DNA of 64,000 nt. Source: Octopus bimaculoides (Eukaryota). A program made the position numbers and the translations under genes. Location: positions 4,615,930 to 4,679,929 of the forward strand of contig NC_068988.1 of assembly GCF_001194135.2 (NCBI RefSeq), read 5' to 3'. How positions within the stretch are numbered: position 1 is the first letter of the stretch; the number at the start of each line of letters is the position of its first letter. Shown one piece after another: positions 13,646-26,600 of this stretch. The notes beneath the pieces are model-generated. The model was given only the letters and a program-made list of their open reading frames with translations. It was not told the origin of the DNA and searched no databases.

Positions 13646-14416
13646 CTGGAACGAGAAAAAAGAATTTACCGATAATTCCCCGTTAATCGAACAAAATACA
13701 GCAATGAGAAATTATGGTAATTTTCTGTCATAACCAGAAAAATACATTATTCGGAAAATAGAAACCAATGAGGAAGTCTCCGTCACATTGATGACCTATA
13801 GTACACATAAGTCAGCAATGAAGGACACATTTTTAATTGACATACTATGGATTTTAATAGAAAATCTCATTGTAATATGTTACAAAAATTATATTCAAAA
13901 TGGCATCATCGTAATTAACGTCACAAATCACAGAATTCCTAATAAAAGTAAGTTAGTATTAACTTGATGTTTTTTTTCTAAAACCCAGATGCTACATGTA
14001 CAACATGTTTCTGTCTAAACGGAGTTCAAATTCATAGCACCTAAGAAAATATTCGTCTATTTGCTCCGGTTACAAAGATGAAAGGAATAAAGAAACAGAA
14101 AAGAAATAAAGTAATAAAAATAGATAAAAGTAGTTAAAAGAATATGGCAGGAGAATAACGTTCAAAACTCATTTTTTTCTGGAGGATGTGGATGTTGGTT
14201 AGTACTTCCATGAAGGTACAGGTTTTTAGTTAAAATCTCAGGTAAATCCAGGCTCTTTAATATAATATATACATGCTATTACGGAAACTTTACACGGATC
14301 CCTGGATCCAGCTTTAGCTGTAATCTTGGAACCTAATGATCGATCAACTATAGCACTTACCCTGCGTACCTATTCGATTAGATCACAAGTAAACTAAACC
14401 TATCATACTCTTTCTT

Positions 14417-14448
<32 letters not shown>

Positions 14449-14486
14449 GTATGTGTGTATGTATGAATAGAAATCTAATTCTGCTC

Positions 14487-14548
<62 letters not shown>

Positions 14549-14558
14549 NNNNNNNNNN

Positions 14559-15016
14559 TATTATTTTATTTAAAAGAATTCCAACTCCGTCTGTTTTTTA
14601 TGTTTTATTTATACTCTTGTAAAATTAATGTGGGATATAGAATATGGAATATATAATATATAATATAAAATATAAAAATGGATGGTACAATGAAATGAAG
14701 TATTGAATGTCTTATTGAATATATGGAATATGTCTTATTGAATATATGAAATATTGAGTGTTCAATATAAAGGATTAAATATATGAAGGTGAATACGTAT
14801 TTTCTATACCTTGTGGTATTTCATCATGGCCGGTATGACAGACTGTAACAATAAGACATATTCCATATATTCAATAAGACATTCAATACTTCCTTTCATT
14901 GTACCATCCATTTTTATATTATATATTCCATATTCTATATCCCACATTAATTTTACAAGAGTATAAATAAAACATAAAAAACAGACAGAGTTGGAATTCT
15001 TTTAAATAAAATAATA
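14559..15016. repeat. Foldback / MITE-like inverted repeat with about 170-bp near-identical arms
   Basis: 14559-14740 is the reverse complement of 14849-15016, apart from about 2 substitutions and a 14-nt indel. Spacer 108 bp. Confidence 0.92.
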
Positions 15017-16383
15017 TATATATTTATGTATGTATGTATGTATGTATATAAAATATAATAATAAACGCCTAATATAATTATTTCTGTATTTATATTTCCA
15101 TTCCGAGCTATGCTGCACGACTGTTTATCCACAGACCAACAGACGAATTCCAGCTATTTATAGATTATCGGAGTCTTTTTTTTTTTTTACTTTTCATTTT
15201 TGCTATGAGAAGAGATTGTAAGAATACCACTCAAGCATTTCCCATTTATGGAGAAAGGGACACTTTAAGGGATATTTCATGTCTCTTGTCGCTGTGTAAT
15301 ATCGCCAATTTAGAGAGAGAAGCGAGAGAGAAGCGAGAGAGAAGCGAGAGAGAAGCGAGAGATAAGGAGAAAAGGGAAATTATATATATATATAGAGAGA
15401 GAGGGATATAGAAAAAGACGACTCCATTAATTAGATTGTACTTTATTTATCGACTGCAGAAGGATAAGGTGCAAGTATCTCGCGGGTAGGTTCCAAACTG
15501 ATCATCATAGAGATCTGGATTATCATAGGATTCCGGATCTTTTAGTCTTTTAAATGACTCAGAATTCACTGTCGTTAAATAATCATATAACATTTACATT
15601 CCACTTTTATATTTTATATAATTTGAAATAAAAACAATTTATCTATTTACTAACAAAAGGCACTTAAGACCATCAGTTACTTATTGATATTTGTAATCAA
15701 TAATAGTTAAACTAACACACCAACTGACTAACACAAAAGTTATACCTGAGCCTGAGAGAGTGCATCACTGAGTGGCTAAGAGAGTTTTACACCTTTTCCC
15801 TAAGCGAGAATTTTTCTCCATTGTAAACTGTAGTGAAGCTGCGTTCAGGAGTTAAAATATGTCACAAACATGTTTAAGCTAACCTAATGTTTGTTTAAAT
15901 ATTTATACACTTTTACAGCCATTATATAGCTTGTATGTCTCGTTGTTTTCTTTATAACTTTAGAGAACAAATGTTTTGTGTGCCTATGTGTGTGTGTTTG
16001 TACGTGTGTGTGTGTGTGTGTTTGAGCGTGTGTGTGCGTATGTGTGTATATGTGTGTGTGTATGTGTGTATGTGTGTGTGTGCGTGATATGTTCTCTAGT
16101 AAGACAAATCTAGTCGCCCACAAAGTTGCATCGATACCTAAACATATTTCTCGTATTTACTCAACGACACACACACGTGTCAGTATAGAATCGTATGTCC
16201 CAAGTAGTTATGTGCCTTGTACTCCTTCCTATGAGGGGCGAAAGAAAAATGAAACCTGAGCATTTTCAAAATAATCATCGCCAGCAGTAAATAAAATCAG
16301 ATTGTTGTTCATTAGAGAAATATGCTTAAACTTTTAATTTTATAAAGTTTGGTTTTAATACAAGTCTTGTAAGTCTCTCAGTG

Positions 16384-16770
16384 AAGGCGCGATGGCCCAG
16401 AGGTTTGGGCAGCGGACTCGCTGTCATAGGATCGCGGTTTCGATTCACAGACCGGGCGTTGTGAGTGTTTATTGAGCGAAAACATCTAAAGCACCACGAG
16501 GCTCCGGCAGGGGATGGTGGCGAACCCTGCTGTACTCTTTCACCACAAATGTCTCTCACTCTTACTATCTGTTTCTGTTGTGCCTGTATTTCAAAGGGCC
16601 AGCTTATCACACTGTGTCACGTTGAATATCCCCGAGAACTACGTTAAGGGTACACGTGTCTGCAGAGTGCTCAGCCACTTGCACGTTAATTTCACGAGCA
16701 GGCTGTTCCAGTTGATCGGATCAACTGGAACCCTCGACGTCGTAAGCGACGGTGTGCCAACAACAACAAT
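16384..16770 (+). mobile_element. Full-length tRNA-derived SINE, family C
   Basis: A-box TGGCCCAGAGG, B-box-like GGTTTCGATTC, central domain shared with 11800-12095, and a (CAA)n tail. Confidence 0.9.
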
Positions 16771-17561
16771 AAGTCTCTCAATCAACAACTGTCATTAAAC
16801 GGATAGTAATGTCCGTTAATTATATGCCATTTCCCTTTTCATAATACAACTGTTGCTAAATATATTTTCATGATAAACCATACAACCAGCGGTAAAGTAT
16901 TTGGTATTCCGTAGATTGCGAAACAATCTTTATAAACCATGTGTTGTAGGACAGACTACTTTCACTGCTGACAGAAGACAATAAAATTCTGACACGTTGG
17001 CATCAGTTTCAATACTGAAAGCAAAATAAAATAGAATTCTCCTTTCCTCCACCACATCAATTACTTAGAACTTAATTTAACTTCTGTGTGATCTATTAAA
17101 GTAAACATCATACAACGATGACGTATGGTTTGTAGGTTCGAAATTGTATGTTTCGAAATTGTTTACCTAATTATGCGAATTTTGAAAAGGCATGAATGTT
17201 ACAAGCCCTCAATTCTATTAGTCTATAAATTTCTGTTCTTTAATGTAATTTATAAAATATATCACATCTGCACAAAAATGAGAGACTCTACAAGAAGCAG
17301 AAAACTTCATTTCTCGAAATTTTTGTCCATTAACTGACAAGTGTCATGCAAAATTAAGACTGACATACGTAAAGAAATTTAATTAAAATATAGTAGATTC
17401 TATTGGAAATATTTAAAATCAAGTTGCTTTTGAAATCGGTCCAGTCTCTACGCACATATATATTTTATGACATACTTATATTTGAAGACTTACACATGTA
17501 TGTCTGTTGCTTTGTGTGTGCTTATGTTTCTGTATACTTGTTAGTTATGACTTATCTATTA

Positions 17562-17601
<40 letters not shown>

Positions 17602-18592
17602 TGTATGTATATGTGTGTATGAGTGAGTGTGGTGGGAGAAAGAGAATAAATATATATAGTGTATGGAATGATCGCATAGAGAGGAAAAAATGTAAACCTT
17701 GGTCTTTTATTAACAACAGACAGTGAGGCACCGATGTATATTCGAATTTAAATCAATTTGGAGCCTCAGTCAAAAAGTTTGTTCCTTCAAAATGCTTCAT
17801 TTCTCACAAAAGTTGAATTGTGCCAAAATTATTAGAAGTAGGCTCGAGTCAATGCAACAAGTGAGCGTTTTGACAAGGAAAGGCGTCAGATGTACCACAG
17901 TGAAGAGGTTGGCAGGCTAAAGTAACAATTGTAAGCTACATACAGCAAGAAAATATTGTGGACGATAGAAATAAAACAAACTACTTCAAATAGATATTCG
18001 AGAGTTACATACGTCAGCGCACATACACACAGATACATACACATGTTTGTACATAGAAAAATAAACAAAACATATACATATTTATCGATACACTCACACA
18101 AATCGTATGAAAAAACATATTATGCATACAAACATACATACTTATGTTATTTCCATGGATATGAACGCATGGACAGGTGCAGAGATCAGTGTGCGGTTTA
18201 GAAAATCACTTTGCCACCACTTCGGTCTGGCTTCAAGACCACTGTGGAGGAAATAGGACTAATGATCTACTCAAGTTTAGTGTTCACCAGTAACCTGTGC
18301 GTGGTTACACCTCTCTCTCTCTGTGTTTGCGTGAGCGTGCGCGCGTTTACAGTATATAACCTGTGTAATTTGTGTTCATGTCTCTTTATATCTCGCAACG
18401 TAGAGTCTCGAGAGATAAAAGACGGGAAGTAAAGATGAAAACAAGTATTCGTTTTGCAGTGAAGGTCTTAACCTTTTGGGGGTATGCACTATCATGGCTG
18501 CCTTACAAGAAATGATATATCATATTTAGAGTTTTTCTACCTAGACAACCATTAGTCTTAATAAACACACATGTGTGTATGCATATATACAC

Positions 18593-18647
<55 letters not shown>

Positions 18648-18648
18648 A

Positions 18649-18687
<39 letters not shown>

Positions 18688-19689
18688 CAATGGCATACGC
18701 TCACAAAGACACCCACTCACACACATATAGTCATATATACACACACACACGGGGGTGTGTGTATATATAAATAAAATATATGAAAAACCGGTTATAAACT
18801 GGTTTGAAAATATTCGATATTCATTCGAAACTTTTAGGTTCATATTAAAAGTGGAATTTTGCTGTTTTTAACATCTGGTATTTTCTTGTAACATAAGTCG
18901 TTGCTTTATACTACAAAAATTCGAACGCTATTTCTTTTATGATCCCCTTGACACTTTTCTAAATGACTTACTTTCTATGATAGACGTAGATTACTTTTGA
19001 GCACAGTCGTTTCTTTATTGTAATCTTTATAGAGATGTATTATTGGATTTGGAACCTACAAGTTTTAGATAAGTGTCATGAATAATCCTCGCTTGGATAT
19101 ATGCTGTAATTGGATCGATCTTATATACATTTGGTGTAGAATAAATTTAATTCAAACGCCTAATATAATATGCTTCGTGACAAATATCATGAGGTTTTCA
19201 CAACAATGTGTTTTCATAAATTTCAAATGAAGACATTGCTATGTAGACCAAAAGTCCTACATACATCTAAATCAAATTCAATTTCCATTATGATAACCTT
19301 AGCAACAATTTCGAAGTGAGAACTGGTTTGGGGAAATCAATTCTTTTTTTTTTTTTATTCTTTGGAATGCTAAGAAATGACAATGCTGAATGTCACTTAT
19401 TTTCCATGTCTCTGAATGAAGGAATGGAACAACGTACGTCAAGAGACCGAGCAAACAATAGAGCGGAATCAATAGAGATGTAAACTTATAATATTACACT
19501 TTAGTATCTGAGTGTATAGAATTATAAATAGCAAACAATGGCGCGAGTATAAAAAATATTATTTAAACGGTGGCTAAGAGATGAGAAATCGTGTAAGTAG
19601 CTGACAAATTAAGGGATAACAATATTCAAACAATTATTAAGGTTCCCCATGAATTGTAACCCAGCTATTCAGACTGCAATGAATAATTA

Positions 19690-19878
19690 CAAAAGATGTA
19701 TGCATGTACACATGCATATGTGTGTGTATACATATATTTCTATATAAATGTTTGTGTATATATATATGTGTGTGTATATATATATCTATATATATATATA
19801 TATATTCATACCTACATACATTATATGTACATACATACATATACGCATGTCCCTATACGTACGCACATGCATACGTAT

Positions 19879-19925
<47 letters not shown>

Positions 19926-20020
19926 TATATATATACACAAATAGATAGACATACACATGCATATTCACATATACGTATACATATGTATATTACATACGCA
20001 GATGTATGTGTGTGTGTGTG
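19690..20020. repeat. Compound (TA)/(CA)/(TACA) microsatellite block, representative of many
   Basis: Direct reading. Similar blocks at 2220-2430, 4840-5020, 25100-25320, 36990-37250 and 49880-50280, plus (AGAC)n 56480-56615, (CT)n 57250-57335 and (TAC)(TAA)n 63765-63880. Confidence 0.97.
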
Positions 20021-21627
20021 TTATTTGTTTTTCAGAATAATTGTTTAATCGGAATTAATATTGATACTAAACAAAAACGTAGCGGTACGAAAGTTATGGT
20101 GTTGCTAATACTTCACGTCACCAGTAGTTTCTGTTACATAAGTAGCTAGAACACATAACTGGCAGCAGAATGCAAAGGAGGCAATAATTTGGTGTGGTTT
20201 CTGGGAGTTTTAGAAATGAAATTAAATGGTTATTCCAAAGCTTAGAAAAGGCGAGAACTAAGAAACTATTTCAATGATGTCACAGGGAAGTAACTAATTA
20301 TATTCTCCATCCTAGAATAGAATTACTAAAACATTCTGATAATCATTTACAAATTATTCTCGGTTGAATTTACAATTGTTTATCATTGCCATACACAATT
20401 TTAAAAGAATTGCAAAACAGTCGAGGATAAAATTATCGTTAACGTATTCTGCATTCATAAATTAGATTTCGGCGGTATATTTTGAAATACGAATTTCTTA
20501 ATTAAGATGCTGTAGAAGTAAACATTTTCTATACTTATGAATATAACATTGCGCTCCAGATACTGTTGTATAATATAGTATACTTGAATCAATAAGTTAG
20601 CCATGACTGTAATACAGTAATGTAGTATATTTGAACTAATAATATAATACTTTGCTCTGGTTGCGTCTATATAATACAGTTTAATATTATATCATCATAT
20701 ATTATATATAATAAATAATCTCGTTTATTATAATTTATTATAATAAATTACTACACTTTTAAGTTACTGGATTATGAAATAGTTTATAAATATTTTGAAA
20801 TGAATAATAAATTTTAACGCAAATATCAATATCAGAAATGTAAAGAGAATGAAATAATATTGTATTTTACGTAAATACTATATTAGAAAAATGTGACCTT
20901 AGGATATGTAGCATATTAGAAAATTTGTTTGAATCGAAAATAATCAATAATTAATTAGAAATAACAACATAGCTTTAAAATAAGGATATCATCAACTGAA
21001 ATCAATAGTAGTAAAATGAAAATAGTTATAGTCCATTGTAAATGAGTGTTTTGCATAGTGTTAATGAGTTTCTCCTAGAAAATCAACAAGGTAGTAGTGA
21101 CCAGCATGTTACATAACAACAGTAATTATCTTAATCAGAATAATATTTGATCTTAGGTAAGATTGCATTCGTCACTGCTGCAGGTTTATTTCTAATAAGC
21201 CAGAATAAAAAAAAAAGTATAAAATTTATTACAATATATCCCAGGGTTAGAAGCTTCCACATCAGATTTTCTTTCCCATTCAGTCTGAGTGCTGTTTAGT
21301 TTTACTGAAGAAATGACATTGCTATAAGGTTTTCAAATCTCTCACATCCTTTAGTTTTCTACAACCAATTTAACGGTTTCTTTTCAATTTGGTATAACAC
21401 AGGATAGTTGTCTCCCCTAGAATTATATGTTTTCATATCTTGCCTATTTTCCAATCTGGCTGGCAGTTATACTGCATCTATAGCTACAGTTGTATATATT
21501 CCTCGGAGTTAGTTGATATCGCACCATCTCTCCTCAGGCCCATCTAATGACCTAGTTTCTTCTCAGTTCCATATTTAAGAAATGAGGAATTATGTACATT
21601 ATTTACATTATTTCTTGTTTGTTGCTA

Positions 21628-21672
21628 ACACAACGTTTCGGATGATATACCCTCCAGTCTTCTTCAGGTGTC
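21628..21672 (-). ncRNA. Minimal hammerhead-ribozyme-like motif at PLE 3' end
   Basis: GACAC CTGAAGA A GACTG-GAGGGTATAT-CATCC GAAA CGT T GTGTT. Stem I is GACAC/GTGTT, stem III is palindromic ACGT, and stem II carries 2 mismatches. Confidence 0.65.
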
Positions 21673-21741
21673 TTGGGGAAATTTCGAACATGGGTTCTCA
21701 TTCCTAAGGTATTTTTCGATGTTGTTATTAATTTTATTATT

Positions 21742-21800
21742 ATCGAACTCGGAATCTTGAGGTTAGTAGACCGCGCTCGTAACCACTACGCCATATGCCC
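21742..21800 (-). promoter_or_regulatory. tRNA-like segment with Pol III A/B boxes inside the PLE 3' region
   Basis: GGGCATA-TGGCGTAGTGG(TTA)...CTACTAA...CCGAG-TTCGAT. The first T of the A-box (21793) lies 45 nt from the G before TTCGA (21748), which is tRNA spacing. The 3' half of the T-arm and acceptor stem is absent. Confidence 0.7.
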
Positions 21801-23222
21801 GTGGGCAATTATGGAGCGAATTTTAGGGCTTATAAATCTAATATTCTCCTATCCTTCCTTAATACCGGTTCCCATATGCTGCTCATATCTGCACTCGGTC
21901 TGCTTAGGAGGTTGTTGTGTCCTAGCATATGTGCTGCTTCTTTTAGTTTTCGTATTTTCCAGTGGTGTTCTCTGTCTATTATTTTAACTTTATCCCACAG
22001 GGGGAGATGGTCTCCATTTTTCCATATTTGATCAGCTATACCCGATTTATCAATATCTCCTCGTGTCACAGCTTTGCGATGTTCGTCCACCCTTATTTTG
22101 AAAGGGCGGCACAGCTGCATGGGATGGAGTACACGCATTTTTTGGTCATATTCTCATCTATTGGTGGTTTTACTCGAAGGAGATATTTGCGAAGTGTTGT
22201 ATTACTCTTGAATACTGTCCTGGTGTCATAAGGGCCGCATATCTTTTGTATCTTTTCGGAGAGGCCTCTCACATAGGGTAAACGGACTGTGGACAGTTTA
22301 TTGGCTTCATCCTCTCTCTTTTTCATAATTGAAGTGGATAGTATACTTACTTTTGAGGTAGTTGTTGCTTAATAGATTGTTACTGAGCTTGATCATTTCT
22401 TCGTGGTGTGTATCACGATCGTTACTTATATTCTTTGCACGATCGTTACTTATATTCTTTGCACGATGTTTTAGGCACTGAGTAATCCCTCTCTTTACAC
22501 TGTATGGAGGGTGGGAATTGAAGTTGAGGTATCGTCACTTATAAGACTTGCGAGCATTTCTATAACAATTATAGGTTTCATTTCTAAGAGTTACTCGTTG
22601 TCAATATTCTTATGAACGGGATACACAAAAACGCATTTACAGCCACAAATGTATTTTTTCACGAAGTGTTTTATAATCCCAAGTCTCGGTTTATGACATT
22701 TTTTCTTTGCTTAATTTAACATTAATCTATCTCATGATACCAAAGTATAATCAATAGCCTCATTCTGTTTCACATTTCAAAAATGGTGTCGATATATGTT
22801 ACCTTTGAAATTAGCTTTCAAATCTGAATGGTACTTTTTCCTCATATTTTCTTCTTAAACTATTGCATCTTTTAGATAAACCTTTTAGATAATTTTCAGA
22901 AGAAGATATTTTAAATAATGTAACATATAAAACATATGATTAATTTAATGAATAATATTCAGTCTTCCTCTATCAAATTTTGAAGTTATTGTTACCACAC
23001 TGATGATAATGTTCCCCCATCCAAATTATATGTTTGACCCTTTTCCTTGTATTGATCCAACTTCAATATCCATAGAACCATGTATATTCACTCAACATAT
23101 CTCTCGGTTGCAGTTACAAATATTTATTTCGAGTAAGTCTAAATATATATTGTTACAGTGAATTAATTATTCATCATCATCTATGCGAATGAATATCATT
23201 AAAAGGACTATTTTCTACATAC

Positions 23223-23322
23223 CTGGTGTAATATTTTTACATCTATTTTTGAAAATATTCTCTGGTCGCAAAGCAGATGTTGATTCATCTCTATCCATTG
23301 TTGCAGATATAAGCCGCAAAAT
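23223..23322 (-). CDS. RPTP exon: start of D2 domain (KNRC motif)
   Basis: ttctttttccag|ATT TTG CGG ... ACA CCA G|gtatgt. The 100 nt (phase 0-1) read ILRLISATMDRDESTSALRPENIFKNRCKNITP. Confidence 0.93.
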
Positions 23323-23479
23323 CTGGAAAAAGAATATGAAACGGTTTAGATTGGCACACGAGACCACTGCAGCAGCCACACGTGATTATAACAGAAATAC
23401 ATTTGAAAGAATAAGGTATTATAGGCTCCAGATGAATTACATATACGTATATAAAACATACACAGATATACACACGTAT

Positions 23480-23640
23480 TCATGGGTGTGTAAACTTTCC
23501 TCCGAACCACATGGTTCCAAGTTCAGTCCCATTGTGTGGCACATTGGGTGAGTGTCTTCTCTTATAGCTTCAGGCCGAGTAAAGCCATATGAGTGGATTT
23601 GGTAGATAGAAAATGAAAGAAGCCCATTGTGTGTATATAC
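23480..23640 (+). mobile_element. tRNA-derived SINE, family B (5' part)
   Basis: CCACATGGTTCCAAGTTCAGTCCCATTGTGTGGCACATTGGGTGAGTGTCTTC matches the 4440-4830 and 52090 copies. Runs into (TA)n and a gap. Confidence 0.8.
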
Positions 23641-23650
23641 GTGTATGTTT

Positions 23651-23692
<42 letters not shown>

Positions 23693-26600
23693 NNNNNNNN
23701 NNNNNNNNNNNNNNNNNNNNNNNNNNNNNNNNNNNNNNNNNNNNNNNNNNNNNNNNNNNNNNNNNNNNNNNNNNNNNNNNNNNNNNNNNNNNNNNNNNNN
23801 NNNNNNNNNNNNNNNNNNNNNNNNNNNNNNNNNNNNNNNNNNNNNNNNNNNNNNNNNNNNNNNNNNNNNNNNNNNNNNNNNNNNNNNNNNNNNNNNNNNN
23901 NNNNNNNNNNNNNNNNNNNNNNNNNNNNNNNNNNNNNNNNNNNNNNNNNNNNNNNNNNNNNNNNNNNNNNNNNNNNNNNNNNNNNNNNNNNNNNNNNNNN
24001 NNNNNNNNNNNNNNNNNNNNNNNNNNNNNNNNNNNNNNNNNNNNNNNNNNNNNNNNNNNNNNNNNNNNNNNNNNNNNNNNNNNNNNNNNNNNNNNNNNNN
24101 NNNNNNNNNNNNNNNNNNNNNNNNNNNNNNNNTATATGTATTTTTCCATATATGTATTTTCATACACTGTTTTTAACATTTTCATCTTATTATCAGAGAA
24201 TGTGTGATAATCAGTATGTAACACTACAAAGTTCATACAAAGCTTTATACTTTAAATATATTTTATCATCAAAGAATGTATATGTGCATTTTAATACTCA
24301 AACTGTTTTTTAACATTTTTTATTATTCTCAAAGACTTTTGGTAATCTTTTTCTAAAAAAGTGAAACCCGTTAAGTAAATAAATATCTTTAAAATAAGTG
24401 CATTTTCAAACCTTCTTCCATATATATTTCCACTCGTACGGTATTCCACAACTTTACTTTATTATATATATATAAACTGTAAGCTCCACTAAATATATTG
24501 TTTTGCCAATAGGATTGTCTTCTTGACCAAACAAGAGAAACCGAATAGGTTCTACACAAGAAATAAAAAGTGTTGACTTTCTCAAAAAGGATAATTTTAC
24601 TGTAAATTAAGTAATATCAGTTTTATACACGCATAAGTCAGATAAACATACAATTGATTAAGAAATGAAGTTGGGCAGATCCCCTCTGAGGCGTTGTCAG
24701 CAAACCGTGAAATGATCCGTTGGAAGCCTTCCTCCTTCTGCCTATGTATCAATAGTATAGAATGAATGGGTTTACATTTTTATTGAAGTCACGATGGGGC
24801 TTTCTATTAATTAAATTTATATGTATATATCATATATATTCTTTATATATGGTCAGACTGCTAGATTACTTCTTAGGTATGATTAAGCGATAACATGTAA
24901 GACAGAATTGCGTCTCAAAAATATACTGCAACAATATAGCTTCCTATAATATATACAGCTCACCCTCTTTTAGGTATTGTTTTTTGATTTCCTGATTCTA
25001 AGTCGATATGGTTTCACTGAACTTTTAACACAACGTCTCGTCGCCCACACCTTGTATGATAATGTAAGGTGGAACTTTGTGAAAGCCTGTAAGACTGATA
25101 GACTTTGTGTAATATATATATATATACATATGTATACATATATACATATGTACGTATGTACATATGTATGTGTATATGCATGTATGTATCTATGTATGTA
25201 CATATGTATGTACGCATATATGTATGTATGCATGTATGCATATATGTATGTATGTACGTATGTATGAATGAATGAATGTATGTATACATGTAGATATATA
25301 TGTATATGCGTATGCATATACAATTCGGCTGTTCTAGACTCCCCTTCGGTTAGTATTGTAATTACTATCATCAAGGCAATTCTAGGAAGCACATGGAGCT
25401 CTATGAAAATTGAACAAAACTGAGAAATAAATATAGCTGATAGAGAACCAAAATTATATATACATGCATACATATATGTGTGCGTGTGTGTGTTCGCGCA
25501 CACGTGCTTGCGTGTATGTTTATATTTGTTTGTATGTATGTATGTATACAAGCATATATATATATATATATGCACACGCACATTTTTCATACACGTACGT
25601 ATACAGGGATGCTTGACTAAACCCTTTGAGTAGAATCCTATAACAACTGATACGGAAGGAAATGATTTCCACAGATTTTAGGGGCCAAATAATGTCGGCA
25701 TGTTCCCCGTTGCCAAATTTATCTTTATGTGAAATCTTATTGACCACTCCTTTCTGAAGGAACTAACTGGAATTTATGAGGAGTGATAGACATTTTGTGC
25801 CAAACCGTATATTAATATCAGCGAGAGCAATTAACAATTTAGCATTTCACATCTTACACGCGATTATATGTAAGCATGTATATCTACTAGGAAGTATAAA
25901 TGTGCATAGGGACATGCATACAAACACGAGAGCACGCACATGCAGTTGAGCTATCTCTCATTCCCTCTCTATCTCTCTACGAATACTAACATATATACAT
26001 ACATGCATCTTAAATATATATATACACACACACACACATACATATGTTCCGTATACTAATGTATATGTATAAGGTATGCATCAAAGTTTAATATGACGTA
26101 TACGTGTGCGAGTGTTGCAGAACTGTAGATACATTACATCGTTTATGTACCTCATTATCATGAAGCTACGAATTACATGTATTTCAAAATATATGTAATT
26201 ATACGTAAAAAACAAAAAACGGTATTGGACAACCAATAAACTTGAGTTTGAATCTATTTTCATGAGATACAAATATTAGTTTTTTATGCGTACATTTAAT
26301 AGTATAGGAGAGGTATAGTGAATCGTTTAGCGCCATTTATTTAATGGCACCGAAGTGACGAAAGAGGACAAGAACGAAATAGCAGTTAAAAATCATATGA
26401 ATGCCAAATATATTCCGTGAGATAAATTTTAATGACAATTAAAAATACAAAAAGATCTCAATATGTTAATAGTGTAGATATAAAAATGAATATTGTAAGA
26501 AGAAATCAAAATGTTTTTTATGATGTTAGTTACGTTCTCAAACCCTTTAATTCCTTTTATTCAAGAGAAGGATTCATCTTTGAGACGATCCAGTGCAATC

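Larger units (their letters stand above)
21590..22530 (-). mobile_element. 5'-truncated Penelope-like element: RT C-terminus, GIY-YIG endonuclease and 3' terminal region
   Basis: Minus-strand translation FNSHPPYSVKRGITQCLKHRAKNIS (RT thumb), LPYVRGLSEKIQKIC...CVYSIPCSC, then RPFKIRVDEHRK...RKLKEAAHM (GIY-YIG). The Y.GET segment is deleted with a frameshift, so this copy is dead. In-frame 24-bp tandem duplication at 22417-22464. Confidence 0.93.

Noticed and set aside
23223-23322. KNRC instead of KNRY as a novel or editing-like substitution
   Set aside because: KNRC is, as recalled, also present in the D2 domain of vertebrate PTPRM, so it fits the R2B assignment rather than being unusual.
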